In this document: piece after piece, positions 22,501-33,360 of the stretch
Layout of the letters: every line of letters starts with the position of its first letter
Numbering within the stretch: position 1 is the first letter of the stretch
Assembly (NCBI GenBank): GCA_004764695.1
Contig: SMSO01000031.1
Coordinates: 8,724,761 to 8,788,760, forward strand
DNA length: 64,000 nucleotides
DNA from: Schizochytrium sp. TIO01
Taxonomy: Eukaryota; Protista; Bigyra: Labyrinthulomycetes
Direction: 5' to 3'
Notes under the pieces: generated by a model
Seen by the model: only the letters and a program-made list of their open reading frames with translations
Databases searched by the model: none
Told to the model about the DNA's origin: nothing
Position numbers and translations under genes: made by a program

Positions 22501-23193
22501 ATCTTTGTAAGAAAGCTCACACCATTTAATGAGAAAGAGCTTTTTGATTGTCCGTTTCTTGCCCATATTACGGTCACTGCGTTCTTTCTCGGTAAGGAGG
22601 TCCATCATCCCGCTTCCCTGATCTTTCACACGTCCGCCAAGCCATTCGAACCACTCCAAATCAGCAACATCCTCAGCACGACCCTCGTCCATAACCTGTG
22701 TGCTTTCTGCCAGAATTCGGTCAACCTCTGTGTAACGAGGATCAAAAAATTCTTCTTCGCCGTCTTCGGATAACTGGATATCCCCTTTGCCCGAGAGAAC
22801 CTTTTGTTTGAAGCGTTGCACCATGCTTTTATATTTGCGATGCAAGGCTTTGATTTCATTTTCGTGGATCCATTTCACATGTAAATAAGATTGGTTTCGG
22901 TATTTCACCAACAGTTCATGTAGAGGCCCACGGCCAGCGACCCTCATACCCAGGAACTTTTCGATGACGGGACCCTTTTCGAGCTCCTCATCCTCACGTT
23001 CTAACTCAAGACGGCGTTTTGTGTCGTCTTCGGTCTCGCCGAAGTTATCATCCGAGTCATCCTCATCTTCTGCATAGCTTACCACCTTCTTAGCACGCTG
23101 TCGAACGCGGGAAGACCTTCTCACGCTATCATCGGCTCCAGCACCCATTGGCCCACGGGCGCCATCATAGCCGTCATCCTCGCCTTCAAACAT
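16507..23193 (-). CDS. CHD-family chromodomain helicase (SNF2 ATPase) with C-terminal PHD fingers
   Basis: Tandem chromodomains ('LLVKYRNQSYLHVKW', 'FLIKWCELSYKDSTWE'), 'ILADEMGLGKT', 'DEGHRL', 'LTGTPLQN', 'FLLSTRAGGVGINL', 'QAQARVHRIGQ', several PHD fingers and an extended PHD ('CASCNNRGATVGC'). Confidence 0.95.
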   Translation of the reverse strand: MFEGEDDGYDGARGPMGAGADDSVRRSSRVRQRAKKVVSYAEDEDDSDDNFGETEDDTKRRLELEREDEELEKGPVIEKFLGMRVAGRGPLHELLVKYRNQSYLHVKWIHENEIKALHRKYKSMVQRFKQKVLSGKGDIQLSEDGEEEFFDPRYTEVDRILAESTQVMDEGRAEDVADLEWFEWLGGRVKDQGSGMMDLLTEKERSDRNMGKKRTIKKLFLIKWCELSYKDSTWEFEEDVQDDYKMALYHRRNRVPTRGFQVDDDDMLWPALLPNAMGSTTSSRSKQNSSAGGSGAAAGADAEDEVSAQTARLPSVAAQCVEGRRARGCVKIPAALRSYVMPSDLSMLLPGDEIIAVESLSMQGLDLATVSSHLTARHGEVMRGERTSYAVTMRRFVYRYDRRKDPTTNKPPVESVLFTLYLGKEPLGVRLGLIGPGGKYPYRIVERPKSALRCAYVEGLLHHDELSSAQLQNHHANQSLRAATIAMFRALINVVWARREVSITQLSKLAGCNVGSLTRWIMGWPSNGKEVFADARQLTEQKILALLYRARKIFGFATYGLMKTARLDRLLFGTVPEVTIKRRLTLFQEALAILRAEAAQIKEDKAVAKAKAKAEAKAEAGADNEAVTAAAEAAKKRVHAGAARKAQLMEQEDGHNVEENYRMQRLAKVAPVLDDIIRQIEDQHEKESELSPAEWKECQGENYDAMRVEPTDVQFDGTPRTPPDEDHVYMARHLSQSLRALRSNLRIWQNLPVDTPEVKAARAEANAIADPNQRRMALMQIETQIRMEAWQAAVSLMPLPEENFVGEVDIQQQRDLQRQEMEFRQKAAGGANMESQSAVRAFKAQRAALNQLRRKQFVPYLPRNQPRYKNGNMLRPYQLQGINWLLSQWYRGVNCILADEMGLGKTVQVVATLEHLRTRESLRGPFLIVAPLSTIGHWHREVETWTDMNVCTYYDTGGAEAREVIRQYEWYYPGLDGRKDLLKFNVLVTTYETFMADVDFLTSLPWLGVVIDEGHRLRSVKSKLLEMLNRIQDANRLLLTGTPLQNNILELWSLLNFCDPHQFPDQDLFMEKYGDMHSAEQLDSLQMEIAPYMLRRVKEDVEKSIPPKEETIIDVELTMLQKRYYRAIFDRNRQVLYKGCKGGNKPQLINVEMELRKCCNHPYLISGVQDNENSNLRKEIRAKWAAVEKEDRSGRRADKATGAEESATDADEQADLLQMVRTAHQQKVSRDELFDRASLERCVRGSGKLVLVDKLLPKLRSEGHKVLIFSQMVRMLDLLEYLCKSRGYPMERLDGGVQGNVRQAAIDRFSNPESNSFVFLLSTRAGGVGINLTAADTVIIFDSDWNPQNDAQAQARVHRIGQKKAVKIFRLVTKNTYEETMLQRAAMKLGLERAVLGTVHESTLKSSKKGKGDKDEKGVGGKNLSPQELERMLREGAYHHLQDDDNAAAKTFVGANIDDLLKTNARTVKMDPVKGDSAGGGALDKLKHNTVNKTTFKAEEREDGVDINDPNFWSKVLPDMATPDTMLAKLNDVQQAMELGRDPAKRRQFMEDVRLLVRDIVSQRNAGEIVNEHDMETAVSLLVQISNMKKTFGSESFNKGNPARKVYTDLADRWMRRLESLRERRARRGRNTSGESDDELFSGDESDGGYGDSGNMADADDTKSKRSSKPQRSKYTELSDDEFDDAQYLLDGEEDEDDGTPGIMKDHFSEVCTVCADGGELVVCEGPCKQAFHIKCLSPNAAKTVETEDKWFCPDCSNGYHTCLLCREGGYTGVKDGVFECADENCGRFHHMACIKKSKQARMLDETNNTFLCPLHECCKCSDTATPVQVHCLRCPKGFHNMCLDHKHSLRLHKNLIICPDHLEGKEFDVSHHYPFDKELRKRLEGGHDTRSSKRPRNRTRRFNEEADAASSSNRRRSSRAAIPTVTLASTLTAATSSTPAKASAGTGKKRRRDGPDPIDKDWRKHEPEPLDPSKPVIKTCALCMRDMKIPAEGDTAALEAMDDYDRPMPYPFLQAKGESRWAPVWIHLRCATLSPEAYVKDNEYYNVLKAVRRGRFLSCASCNNRGATVGCYYGKCDKSFHVPCAVKTDWDPDEELEFYCVDHRSKTKGKAKAKGKAKGKPTKNGVSSTPAPAQSTGKGKRAASALANGSKRKQRRASKAKPQEEEEEVLGMSDNDEQNEALMDAATNLEPLGRGGKLGSFKRKAMLRGQQVNVTVEATGIDEENFS

Positions 23194-24390
23194 GATCTAT
23201 GTTCGTTTTGTTGGTTCCAATTTAGGAGTTTGCTTGGATAATTGATTTCGTCCCGGTATAGGTAAATAACGACCTCGGAAACGAAAGCAATGTACTTTCC
23301 TGCTCACGCACGTCCCGGTGTGTGTGTGTGTAAAATCCCACTACAAGTTTCGCACGATGTCCTCTCCAATCTGTTGCAAATAAAGATTTTTACTCTCCAA
23401 ACAGAGAACTACAGCCGTCAATTTCGAGTTGGGTAGAGTCTAGCTAGCTAGCTCGCCACGCTGAGTCGAGTCGAGTTAAGTCGAGCCAAGCCACCAGCCA
23501 GTTGACCAAACTCGCCAGCTCAAGGGTCGCAAATACCTCTCGCGGCTTTTCAATTTATTGCGTGCAAACAAGTCGCCTCGGAGCCCTCCTCAGCGCAACC
23601 TTTTCCAGCTCCTCGATGATTTGCCTCCGCCAAACCGCTACTGCGTCGATTCTATCGATTTCCTCGCCCTTCCTTGTTGTTATCCAACACTCTGTTATAC
23701 AATACAATCAATACACAGCGCAATATATATAATATACTCTACAATACACGATAATCTATATATACCTTCTACGTATATATACACTATGTATACTATACTC
23801 TCTCTGCTATATTATATTATTTGAGGTGAGGAAGATTAGATAGAGTTGATAAGGCCTCTTCAGACAGATAGGACCCGCCTAGCCTGAACAATAGCAGTCT
23901 GCGGTTGTGCTTTTTTCCCTTCTGGGCTCCGTGCCCTGGCGATAGCTCTGGCGGCGGTGCGGGCGCCCAGATCGGCGCTCGTGCCCAGGCAGACCCTCAG
24001 GGCGACCTGTGGCAGCGCTCAGGCACCTCTGCCAGTCGCCTTCGCGGCTTGGCCGCTGGACTGTGTCCTGCCGGTGCAAGCTGTAGTTAGTTGCTTGCAG
24101 TCTGGCCTCTTCCCTTCTCTGTATTTCAAAAGCCTTCGCTCTTCCTTGCCTGCTCTCGAAGCGAGGCGAGGCGATCGCAGCCGCTCCCTTTGGCTGGCAC
24201 CACGCCCGGCGGCCCTTGGGAGGCCCGAGAGAAGACGCGAGAAGCGGAGCGCCGCGACGGTGGTCGCTCGAGGCTCGACGGAGGCTCCGCGCGATGATAG
24301 ACTGCTGTCGCCGCCGCCGAGTCTGATCCTAACAACCAACTGACTGGAATTACTATGGAGTCTTCGCTCTCCTTATTATCCCTATTTAAC

Positions 24391-24462
24391 GAAGAAGAAG
24401 AAAGAAAAGAAAGAAAAGAAAGAAAAGAAAGAAAAGAAAGAAAAGAAAGAAAAGAAAGAAAG
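24391..24462 (+). repeat. Purine-only tandem repeat, (GAA)3 then (GAAAGAAAA)n
   Basis: Read directly from the sequence. Confidence 0.9.
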
Positions 24463-27400
24463 AGAAGTTGTCATTTTCACTATTTCATTCATTCGTTCTT
24501 TCATTCATTCATCCATTCATCCACTCTTTCATGAATTAGTTGAATTAGTTTATGTTTGTGAGTGATCGCCATCGCCATCACACGTATCATGCGATACTCG
24601 GATTCAATGATTCACTTGTACAAAGTAAGAGCGAAAGATGCCTACTTTTAACTGCTTTCAATTTATTAAATAAAGAAAAAAAGCGCTTTGTAACATGGTT
24701 TTAGCTTACAGCCTGAGTACTAAAAATTTGTTTTTAATTAACGAAAACTGCGTATGTATAGATAGGGCTCATATGGGAAGGACCAAAGGTTTTAGCAGGT
24801 AGGTAGGCATTAATTACCCTATATTCTACTGCGTCCAAGTTTTCTCCAACGAGTGAATATCTTGCATAATCACTGAGCGCAAGCGAGCAAGCGCTGCCCA
24901 AGGGCACCTTGTAAAGAAATCGGCAGCTTCGAGCTCCCGCGCCCACCGCTTCAGGAATCGAGGCAGGGAGTCCTTATCAGGCACCCCTCGCGTCTACAAT
25001 TCTGATCGTGTATCGTTTGTTTTTGTCCAATTTATTTATTGCCTATCGCACTATGTACCTAAGCTACCAACTTATTTTTAACTTTGAAAGGTGATTTGTT
25101 TTACTTTTACTTGATTTGTTTGGATAAGTAAATGTATCTATTTTTTCAATCTCTTTTTTTACTTTTCATTTTTGATCAATTAAACTAAAAAGCGGTTAAT
25201 CGCTATCACAAGGCCCTCAAAAGGCCACCGTCATATCTTTGCAAACCATGGGGACGAAGAAAAGCGCGAGCTTATACAGGTGCGAGCAATCGACTGAATG
25301 GCCCCTTTGTGGATCTTCAAAGAGGATCGTATTGGTATCTTTATCGTGAAAGGGTTTTTTTTATTTGTCTATTCAGAAGAGTACCCAGCTACTTCCATTC
25401 CTTCCTTGTTTCTTTTCGAAGTTCGAGTTAATAAAAGATAAAAGGTTGCGAATTGAGTAGGACCTCTGATAGTCGATACTCTAGGCAGAAGCTAACCACC
25501 ACCACCAGAGCAATACACTCGAAATGAGCTGATCATCACTCAAAAACTGAGCCCCGAAGAGTCCTATTCACCATAGGTGAAGAGACTCTGCGTAGCCAAG
25601 ATTGTACGAAGAGAATGCATGCAGCCCCGCAGAAATAGAACCCGGGCCAAACTATAAACCTCCAAAAGTTTGAGATTGAAATCACATAATGAAATTATAA
25701 TAATAAAAAAAGGTGGAAAAGCTTATTGCTATAATTACTTCTAAAGAGTGGCCTTTCGATTGCTCCATATGCCCTCAAAATAGCATAAGCTCATGGAAAC
25801 GCTTTTCCTGATCAGGTTATTCGAGTTTCCCTTTCTCGCTGCGACCAAATTGGCGATCTTGGGGATGACCCCCTAAAAACCCAATTGGAAATGCTCAACT
25901 TCTCCCTGTTAGCGCTGCATTCGGGAAAACGGTTGCCTCTCCGCTACCCTGGAACTGCCGTTTATACGTGCGATAAGATATGCAAATGCGTACTACCTTT
26001 GAGCCCGCCAAACGCCTCAGCAGCAAGTTTTCAAGCTTGTGGATGGGCTCAATCACGAATTGCATTGGTCAAATCAGCTCTTGAGCTCCTGCTCCCTCTC
26101 CTCTCTAAAGGCCTTTCTAAAGTTTCCCCTTTGCAGTAGTCAAAGAAGATGTTCATCACACAGAAAAGCCACTTTAGATTCCTTCGGCCAGGTCTAAGAA
26201 GCACCTTAGTGGGAGACCTTCCATTGAACAAAGTTTATTCAGGTTTTGCAGCTCTGATGGTCTTGATTCCTGCCTCGAAGACGAACCTGGATTAGATTTG
26301 GTGTCTTGGCAATGCACAAAGGACAGTGAAGGGAAAAAAAGGTGTGTGCTGAGAAAGACGAGCATGGTTGCACGTGACTATGACCAGCGACGCAGACACC
26401 AAAACGCCAAAATGAGGTCTCGTGGGGTGTCAATAGTTCTGTGCAACGCCAGGAAGAACTCAATTAGGCAACGAAAGTAAATTCGAGGTCCAAGGGGGTT
26501 CCTGGGATTATTACTGTGCAGAAGCTCGCTTGGCAATGAGTGTTTTTGCGTAAGGACTGGAGCTCCGAAGAGCACACTTGTCTCTGATTGTTATAATTTA
26601 TGTGGAGAGGCTGAAACAAGATCCTGCGGGGCTACACACGACGCAGCTTCTGAGATTGACGCCTCTTTTAGGGTTGGCCAGATCTTCAGAGAGCAAGCTT
26701 CTATGGAAGTGGGTGCGAGGAGTCTTATCTTCTCGAGGTGTTTATGAGTGAAGGTTAATAATGCAATTCATGTATAGCTAGGCTCTCCCATTCTTTTCTT
26801 TCGTCCAACTTTTTATTTTATTTTACTCTATTTCACTATTTGAAAGATTCAGGTGACTTATTGGTAAAGACTGCTCTGTCTCTGTGAGAAGGCGTCGATA
26901 GAACATCGGAAGTGTCGATCAGAATAGAAGGTTCTAGAGGATGTGCTCATCAAATGATGCCAAAAGGGAGAGAGAGGAAATTACGGCATCCAAGCTTGTA
27001 TTTCTGCAATTTATCGCGCACTAAGAATGTGGTAAAAAGCGATTTTGTTCAGCATAGAAACCGTTTGACCACACCAAATGAGGAGAAAGGAAGAGAGAGA
27101 CTTAAGAAAAGTATCGCACAGCTTACTTGAATATTGTTGTTAAGATTTTAGTTTCGCTTTTTGAAACAAGGAGGTGAAATAAAAGCGTGAGGCGCGCGGT
27201 GACGTTGACGAAAGATGTCCATTCTGCTATTGGCATCATCGAATTGGAAGCCGCCTTTACCCTTTTTTTCTTGGATTGCCTTCACAGATCAGAGAGAAAG
27301 AAGAGCAACTTGCAATGCTTAGAAGACTATCCATCTCATCTACATGGGATGGAGAATTATAATTTGTATCTTGTTGGGTGGATGAGCTGGTAAAGCTATT

Positions 27401-27915
27401 ACCATTGAAAAATGTCTACCCATGAGGGAACCTGAGCTCTGATATTCATGAACACGAAGAGGCATACCCCTGAATCAAAACACTTCCGCAAATCCACACA
27501 AAATGCAAAGCTAGCTTGACTAAGTAAGACCTTAGAACCTTTGTGTCTAATTTGCCGATTAAACATTAGAGACCATGTGTAATACCCACCATTAAGGGTA
27601 ACAAAACAAAAGATAGCTCGTTCATCATCTTGCGAGAGTGCGAAAAATGGGGGAAAGAGTTTGTGAATCGTTCCTGAGATAAATTCTAATTTCATGATCA
27701 GAATATCAGGGTAAGCAAATTAACATTATCATCATCAGAAGGAGACTAAGCATTTTTTGTCCAGTTGCACACAAAAGTATAGGTAACCATAAATAGTTCG
27801 GAGATCTAGCTCAACACTACCCACCAAGCTTTTTGGCCTTCTGCATACAGTTCAGGTGATTTGATTCTAAGCCTATCTTGGGATTTGACTTTAACGTCAA
27901 ATACTGGGATCCAAA

Positions 27916-28170
27916 TTAGGCCTGTCCAGCAGCAGCCTCTGCGCGGTCCTTGGCGAGGCGCTCCTCAAAGCGCTTACGGCTCTCGCGAGCCTTGTCTGCA
28001 TTTGCCTTGCGGATAACCTCCTTCTCAGCCTTGAAACATTTGTCGAGCGCTGCCTTTGGCTCGTTGCAGACGCCAAAGAACTTCTTGTATGGGTTCTCTT
28101 CGTGGCAGTTTCTCAGCGCGTCAATCACATGCTGGCAGTAAGGGTGCGGGCGATCCAGGGGCGGGTGCAT
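27916..28170 (-). CDS. CMC2: Twin CX9C mitochondrial intermembrane-space protein, COX assembly factor CMC2-like
   Basis: 'MHPPLDRPHPYCQHVIDALRNCHEENPYKKFFGVCNEPKAALDKC': MHP start and two CX9C motifs typical of CMC2. Confidence 0.85.
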   Translation of the reverse strand: MHPPLDRPHPYCQHVIDALRNCHEENPYKKFFGVCNEPKAALDKCFKAEKEVIRKANADKARESRKRFEERLAKDRAEAAAGQA

Positions 28171-29422
28171 GCTTGCAGCTCACAAACCAAAACAAGTCTT
28201 CGCGAGCGAGCTGGACGAGGTTAGTAATCGAAGCCCGATCACGGAGGAGCTGCTAGAGTCGGTTCCTCAACCGAGAGTCTGCAATTAGAGTTTGGGATTG
28301 CCAGACTATGACCCTGACTGCGAATGGTTTCATTAGCTCATTTTTTATCATCAGCTAGTATTATTATGATTTCTTTCTCTTTTCTCCTTTTCCTCTCAAG
28401 TTTAACTATATTTTATGAAATGTAGTCCACAGCTACTCTTACTAATTTAAACTAGTATATCTTAGTAGATACTCATCGTTTCGTTCACTCTTTTACTCCC
28501 CCGAAGTAATTTTGTGCCTCTACTATAATATATGGTATATAAGTTCTATCAGTGAACAGGAGGGCCGTGCAGTGATGCGGAGAGATAGAGAGAGGCCGCG
28601 CGAAAAGCCATTTCTGCGATGAAAAAAGGCCGCTGAAAGAGGCCTATTAAAAGTGGCTCGCGCGCCAGCGACTGCACTATCCGTTCACGCAGGAGTGCAC
28701 ACCCTTATGGGTAAGTGATGGTACAAAGTACTGCGGATAGAGCACCTGCCGCGCGAAAAGATTGAAGGAATGGAAGGAGTAGGCTACTGAAAAGGCTTGA
28801 AATAATCGATTGATAAGGCTTGTGTGATCATATTACTGCTTAGGTGCATATAGAGAGTCAATTTCGATAATCTTCAGTAGTTCATCTTTAAAGTCTTAGA
28901 ATTGAAGGACGAAGGAGGATCTCTATTCGATGTAAAAGTACTTTACTCCATGGACTCCGGTTACTCTGAATTATAGGAAGTGTAGTAGAGAAATAAGTAG
29001 GTTCCGGGGAGAATCAAGCAGAAACACGGTGCTGGCGTGGACAAGTCGGTAATTTCAGAGAAGTTGAGAAGCGCAGTGCATAACACCGGACACGTGTCAA
29101 GACGTGTCGCAGGTGAACTACGAGACAGTGGTGTGGAGTGCAACCTCAGAGACATTGAGACTTAGAAATCGAGAAACCCAGTATCGTTCGCTCACCCGCA
29201 TTTGCTGCGATTTTGCACCTTGCAGCTACTTACGACCGACACGAAGATTATACACGAAGAGATTCTGCGTCGCAACGACTTATGCGTATCAGGCAGTGAT
29301 ACTGCATCAGCAACCAGCAACCTAAACTCCTCCACCCGCAATTCATAGGCTAGTGAACCACTAAAAGCGAGCCTAGAAAGTGCAATAAATATTTCGCACA
29401 AGCAAAGGAGTTGTTGAGCAGG

Positions 29423-31363
29423 ATGGCCTACCGCACACAGAGTTCGGGTACGATGCCACGTGCTAGATGGCCAGAGTCAGAGGATACGAGAATTGAGCAT
29501 GAGCAACTACGCCCACAGTCTGCGTCAAGGCGGCGAGAACTTGCCAAAAGTAGATCTCCAAGCAAACAACGCCGGAACCTTGGAGGGCCTAGCGCAAATC
29601 TCTTAGCTAGAACAGCTTCATATCAGCGACAGTTGACAGCTACAGCCTCTGTAGATGAACATATGCAGTATACTTCACGGAAAACACTCACCAGAAGGCG
29701 TACAACTTCTTCTTCTTCAAAAACTATTCATGATGAGATGACGGATGTCCCAATCAGCAGCGATGACTCCTCCGATGATGACGAGGTGCAGTCGCGCGCG
29801 AGTAGAAAAACCCGCGCAACAGTTCATCGGGAAGCAAATGGCATATGGGTTAGTAGCGACGACGAGAGCGATGACAACGAAGTTAAATCACAGCAATGGC
29901 GAAGTCGCCGCTCAAGACGAGCTCACTCTTATCGAACTTCTGAAGGTTTAGCCGCATACTCCGATACAGATATCCGCATGAGAAGTGGGAGTCGCTCATC
30001 GGCCTCATCATCCACTTTTCTAGACCAATATCAGCAGCAAAATAGAATAAGCTCTTTCCAGCAAGCTCAGCAAGAACACTTCTCATCACAACAAGGTGGT
30101 AGCAGTGGCAGCAGCGGCGGCGGCGGCGATTCGGAAGGACCAATGAGATTTCAGAGTCGAGCTAATGCACCCCCAACGTCGTCACCGACAGCGTCTTCGC
30201 TCGGTTCGAATAGATCTTCCCGTTATTGGTCTTCGTCAAGCTCTGAGACAAGCTCCATTAGTGGAAGCATTGGAGAAACTACACTCCGGCAACGAAGGTC
30301 CCGAACATCGTCAATCGCCCATCTTGGTACGCAGCCAGCGCATGGTGCTGGAGGTGGATATGAATCATTCGACTCCGTAAGTCTTGCATCTACAGTTGCT
30401 TCAGAGGCTACGGGTTATATGTCTGCAGCATCCTTAGATCGTCGTAGTATCCAAAGGGGTATCCACCATTCACGTGCGGGCGGATATCGTGCTTCTGGGC
30501 TTAGTCAAGGCAACAACACAGCAGCTTGGGGAGGCATTTCGTCATCTGTGACCAATTTTGCCACAAATTTACATCAACATAATTCTTACAGTGAACAGGG
30601 CACTATTTACGAGCATCCTTCGTCGATGCCTTCCGGCGTATCATATGTCTCATCAACGAGTTCGTCCCCAACTATTCATTCACAATCACAAGAGTGTATC
30701 GGTCCGCAACAAGCTCAATACCAGCTATCGCAATCATCAAATCCACAGCGGCAAATGTACGAGGGAATGCTTACGCCTATCCAACTCCATGCTGTACAGT
30801 TCTGGGATCCCGATGGAACAAAGGCTCTTCTCGCGGATCGGGGTAGCACAGGAGGTGGGATTGCAGTTGGAGTGTCTCTTTTCGCGTTCGGATTTTGGGC
30901 ATGGGGCCTTGTCGTTTTTGTGTTGACTATTTTGACTGCAAGCTCAGTTTCAACCATGTATCGTCTGTCAAAATGGCGAGGATCGAGTGGCATAGAGCAG
31001 CAGGCGCTCTTTAATGAAATGTACGAAATTGTAGAACAAGTCTGTACCGATACTCGAATTACTTTACCAACTGGAGAGATGCGTCCCAGGCTTGTATGCG
31101 CTGGTGAGCTTGGCACAGCGCTTGACCGGCACTTTCCTGGACTCGATGAGGCAACCAAGTTACGATTCTGGACAGAAGCCTGTGTTCATTTCCGGCTTAC
31201 ATTGCGCAGTGGTTGCCATCATCTTGGACAGGGCAAACTTCATCCCCGCAACCTAGCTACGTCTACTCTCGGCACAATGACAAAGAATTTACCACATGGG
31301 ATTTGCCCTAGTTGCGATAACAAAATTGCAATTGAAGCTAAATTTCCACTGAAATGTGACTAA
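29423..31363 (+). CDS. Hypothetical membrane protein: long Ser/Arg-rich disordered N-terminus, hydrophobic segment, small C-terminal domain
   Basis: Long uninterrupted ORF (first ATG at 29423) with the hydrophobic stretch 'IAVGVSLFAFGFWAWGLVVFVLTIL'. Confidence 0.7.
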   Translation: MAYRTQSSGTMPRARWPESEDTRIEHEQLRPQSASRRRELAKSRSPSKQRRNLGGPSANLLARTASYQRQLTATASVDEHMQYTSRKTLTRRRTTSSSSKTIHDEMTDVPISSDDSSDDDEVQSRASRKTRATVHREANGIWVSSDDESDDNEVKSQQWRSRRSRRAHSYRTSEGLAAYSDTDIRMRSGSRSSASSSTFLDQYQQQNRISSFQQAQQEHFSSQQGGSSGSSGGGGDSEGPMRFQSRANAPPTSSPTASSLGSNRSSRYWSSSSSETSSISGSIGETTLRQRRSRTSSIAHLGTQPAHGAGGGYESFDSVSLASTVASEATGYMSAASLDRRSIQRGIHHSRAGGYRASGLSQGNNTAAWGGISSSVTNFATNLHQHNSYSEQGTIYEHPSSMPSGVSYVSSTSSSPTIHSQSQECIGPQQAQYQLSQSSNPQRQMYEGMLTPIQLHAVQFWDPDGTKALLADRGSTGGGIAVGVSLFAFGFWAWGLVVFVLTILTASSVSTMYRLSKWRGSSGIEQQALFNEMYEIVEQVCTDTRITLPTGEMRPRLVCAGELGTALDRHFPGLDEATKLRFWTEACVHFRLTLRSGCHHLGQGKLHPRNLATSTLGTMTKNLPHGICPSCDNKIAIEAKFPLKCD

Positions 31364-32674
31364 TTTGAAACACTTTGCTATATTCCTGTGCAAATTTCTT
31401 TATACAATGTTTTATTGTGATCAATAGTACTTCCATAATCTCAAATTAAGATCCTTCGCAAGTCTACTCTTGTATACATACTTAATCAGAAAATATATTA
31501 TGCGTGTTTGCCATGTTTTCCAATATTCACAGATATATTTAACGTTTAAATTGTTTCCCCTGATTTACCAAATCTTGAAACAGAATTGCACCTGATACAC
31601 ATTTGCCATCTCTCCATACCATTGATAAAACAGTTCTTATTAAGATAAAGACAAGAGCGGTCGTTGCAAGTCCTAGATTTCATATATAGCTAAATAGCAA
31701 ATGTGGAGCTCTAGGTAATTTTTTTTAGCATGTGTATGGATCTATTGCAATGAAAAGAGTTATGGAAGAGCTGAGCATAGCGTATTCGTTGCTTTAAGGC
31801 CAGAAAATTTTCCTAATGTATGATGTCTTGGTTGAAAAGGAAATTTAATGTGTTTGTCTTTTCCCGAAGAGTTAAGAATTCTACCGGATATTTCAAGAGT
31901 GGGCAGTGAATATGCATATAGCTACTAGATTCGACATTGCAGTAAATCGGTGTCCCGGTTTTCCGAGGAAATGATCTCTTTCAACTGAAATAGAACAAAG
32001 ATAAATTCTGGTTCTATCCCTGTTAATTATCGCACAAGGTGCGCGCGCACGCTACTCACTAGTCGTATGGGAACAAACACTTCATATTCTACTATTACAA
32101 AGTCGTGCACAGGTTTAAAATTTAAAGAAAGTTACATTTTAATATTAGTGCTCCTTTTTCAGCTCTTCTTTCGGAAGAATAACTTTGCTCTGCAACGTTC
32201 TCGACATGATTACTCTTTTCAAGAGCATTAACTGCCGTGCGCAGATACGTTCTCTAAGACGTATGTCTTGCACTTCGATTCCAGTATTTGAAACACGTCC
32301 CATCACAACAACTCCTCCGTATAGTTATATCAAGAAGTTGATTCTTGAATCTCCAGTTCCAAATGGCCACACGCAAAAGTTCCTAGAGGACAAATAAATT
32401 ATACATCAGCATTATTTGCACAATTAGCACTTGCACTCTCCCATAGCCTAAGAACAACGAGGGTCCTCAATATCAACAGTCACACCCATCATGCATGCTC
32501 CTACAATTCCTGCGAAGGCACATATTCATACATCTCGGACAGATGCTCTCAACATCACATTTACAATTCTGCGCAAATCGCATGCATCTCAGACAGCATA
32601 ATAATACTCAGAATGTCCTCTCTACTAATTATTTAGGTCTTTGTTAAGGGATGGAGATTAGGTAAGAAACTGGA

Positions 32675-32988
32675 ATGGCCAAGGAACCACCAACTCCAAA
32701 CACTACAAGTGGAATCAAATCTTCAATTCAACTTACCAAGAACTTCAACCAAAAGTTTGGTGCCTCAGCAAGTGCCCTTCGGGTGCTTTCCCGGAGGCAA
32801 TCGCATATACGCAAGTGGCACCTATGGCTGCGGTTTGTTACGCCAGGGTGCCCTCCGCCAAACAAAAAGAGAACTCCAACTGCAGGATTGGTGACCTCTA
32901 GCGTGTCTAACCAGACGCCTCCGCCGTCTACAAAGATGTTGGTGGAGGGTTTAGCTTCAAAAGGACGGGCTTGTGCGCCCTCCTGGAC
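32675..32988 (+). pseudogene. tnpA: IS607 TnpA serine recombinase relic (N-terminal HTH plus start of catalytic domain)
   Basis: Manual translation across frames gives 'QKFGASASALR', 'FPGGNRIY' and, from 32836, 'CYARVPSAKQKENSNCRIGDL*RV*PDASAVYKDVGGGFSFKRTGLCALLD'. This matches the IS607 pattern YARVSSxKQ...KDxGSGLNFKRxGLxxLLD. The catalytic Ser position reads Pro and there are two stops. Confidence 0.88.
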
Positions 32989-33360
32989 TACCGAGATACA
33001 CTGCAAGCTTGCACTTTGGTTCTGTGACAACAATCCTTTTGCCTAAATCTGACACCTCAACAGGTTTACAAGAACGATCGAGATCAACAACGATCGAGAT
33101 CAAGACAGCTCAAATGCTGAGTCGTTGGCCTCCGGCAAGAGCTCATCCACAACGCCGAGCTTCTCCCGTGCCAGTGGTGTAAAGCGGTTCTTCGCCGAGA
33201 GGGTTGCACTTCAATACCATGCAATGAATGTAGGTGGTACCATCCACGGAACATCCAAGGTTTTCTAATGTCCCCCCAAAATGCAAACGCGTAGCCGACC
33301 GCGATACCCACGCCGCCAAATGCATGCATCCCTTGGCGCTACCTCTCCAAGGACATGATT
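32987..33360 (+). pseudogene. Fanzor2/TnpB relic, C-terminal half (bridge helix, RuvC-II, zinc finger, RuvC-III)
   Basis: Frameshifted segments read 'TTEIHCKLALWFCDNN / ILLPKSDTS / IEIKTAQMLSRW / RQELIHNAELLPCQWCKAVLRREGCTSIPCNECRWYH / SKVF*CP / KCKRVADRDTHAAKC / RYLSKDM'. Confidence 0.88.

Noticed and set aside
23879-24343. Cluster of short ORFs in a GC-rich block
   Set aside because: Low-complexity Arg/Ala/Pro translations in all frames. More likely promoter sequence upstream of the CHD gene.
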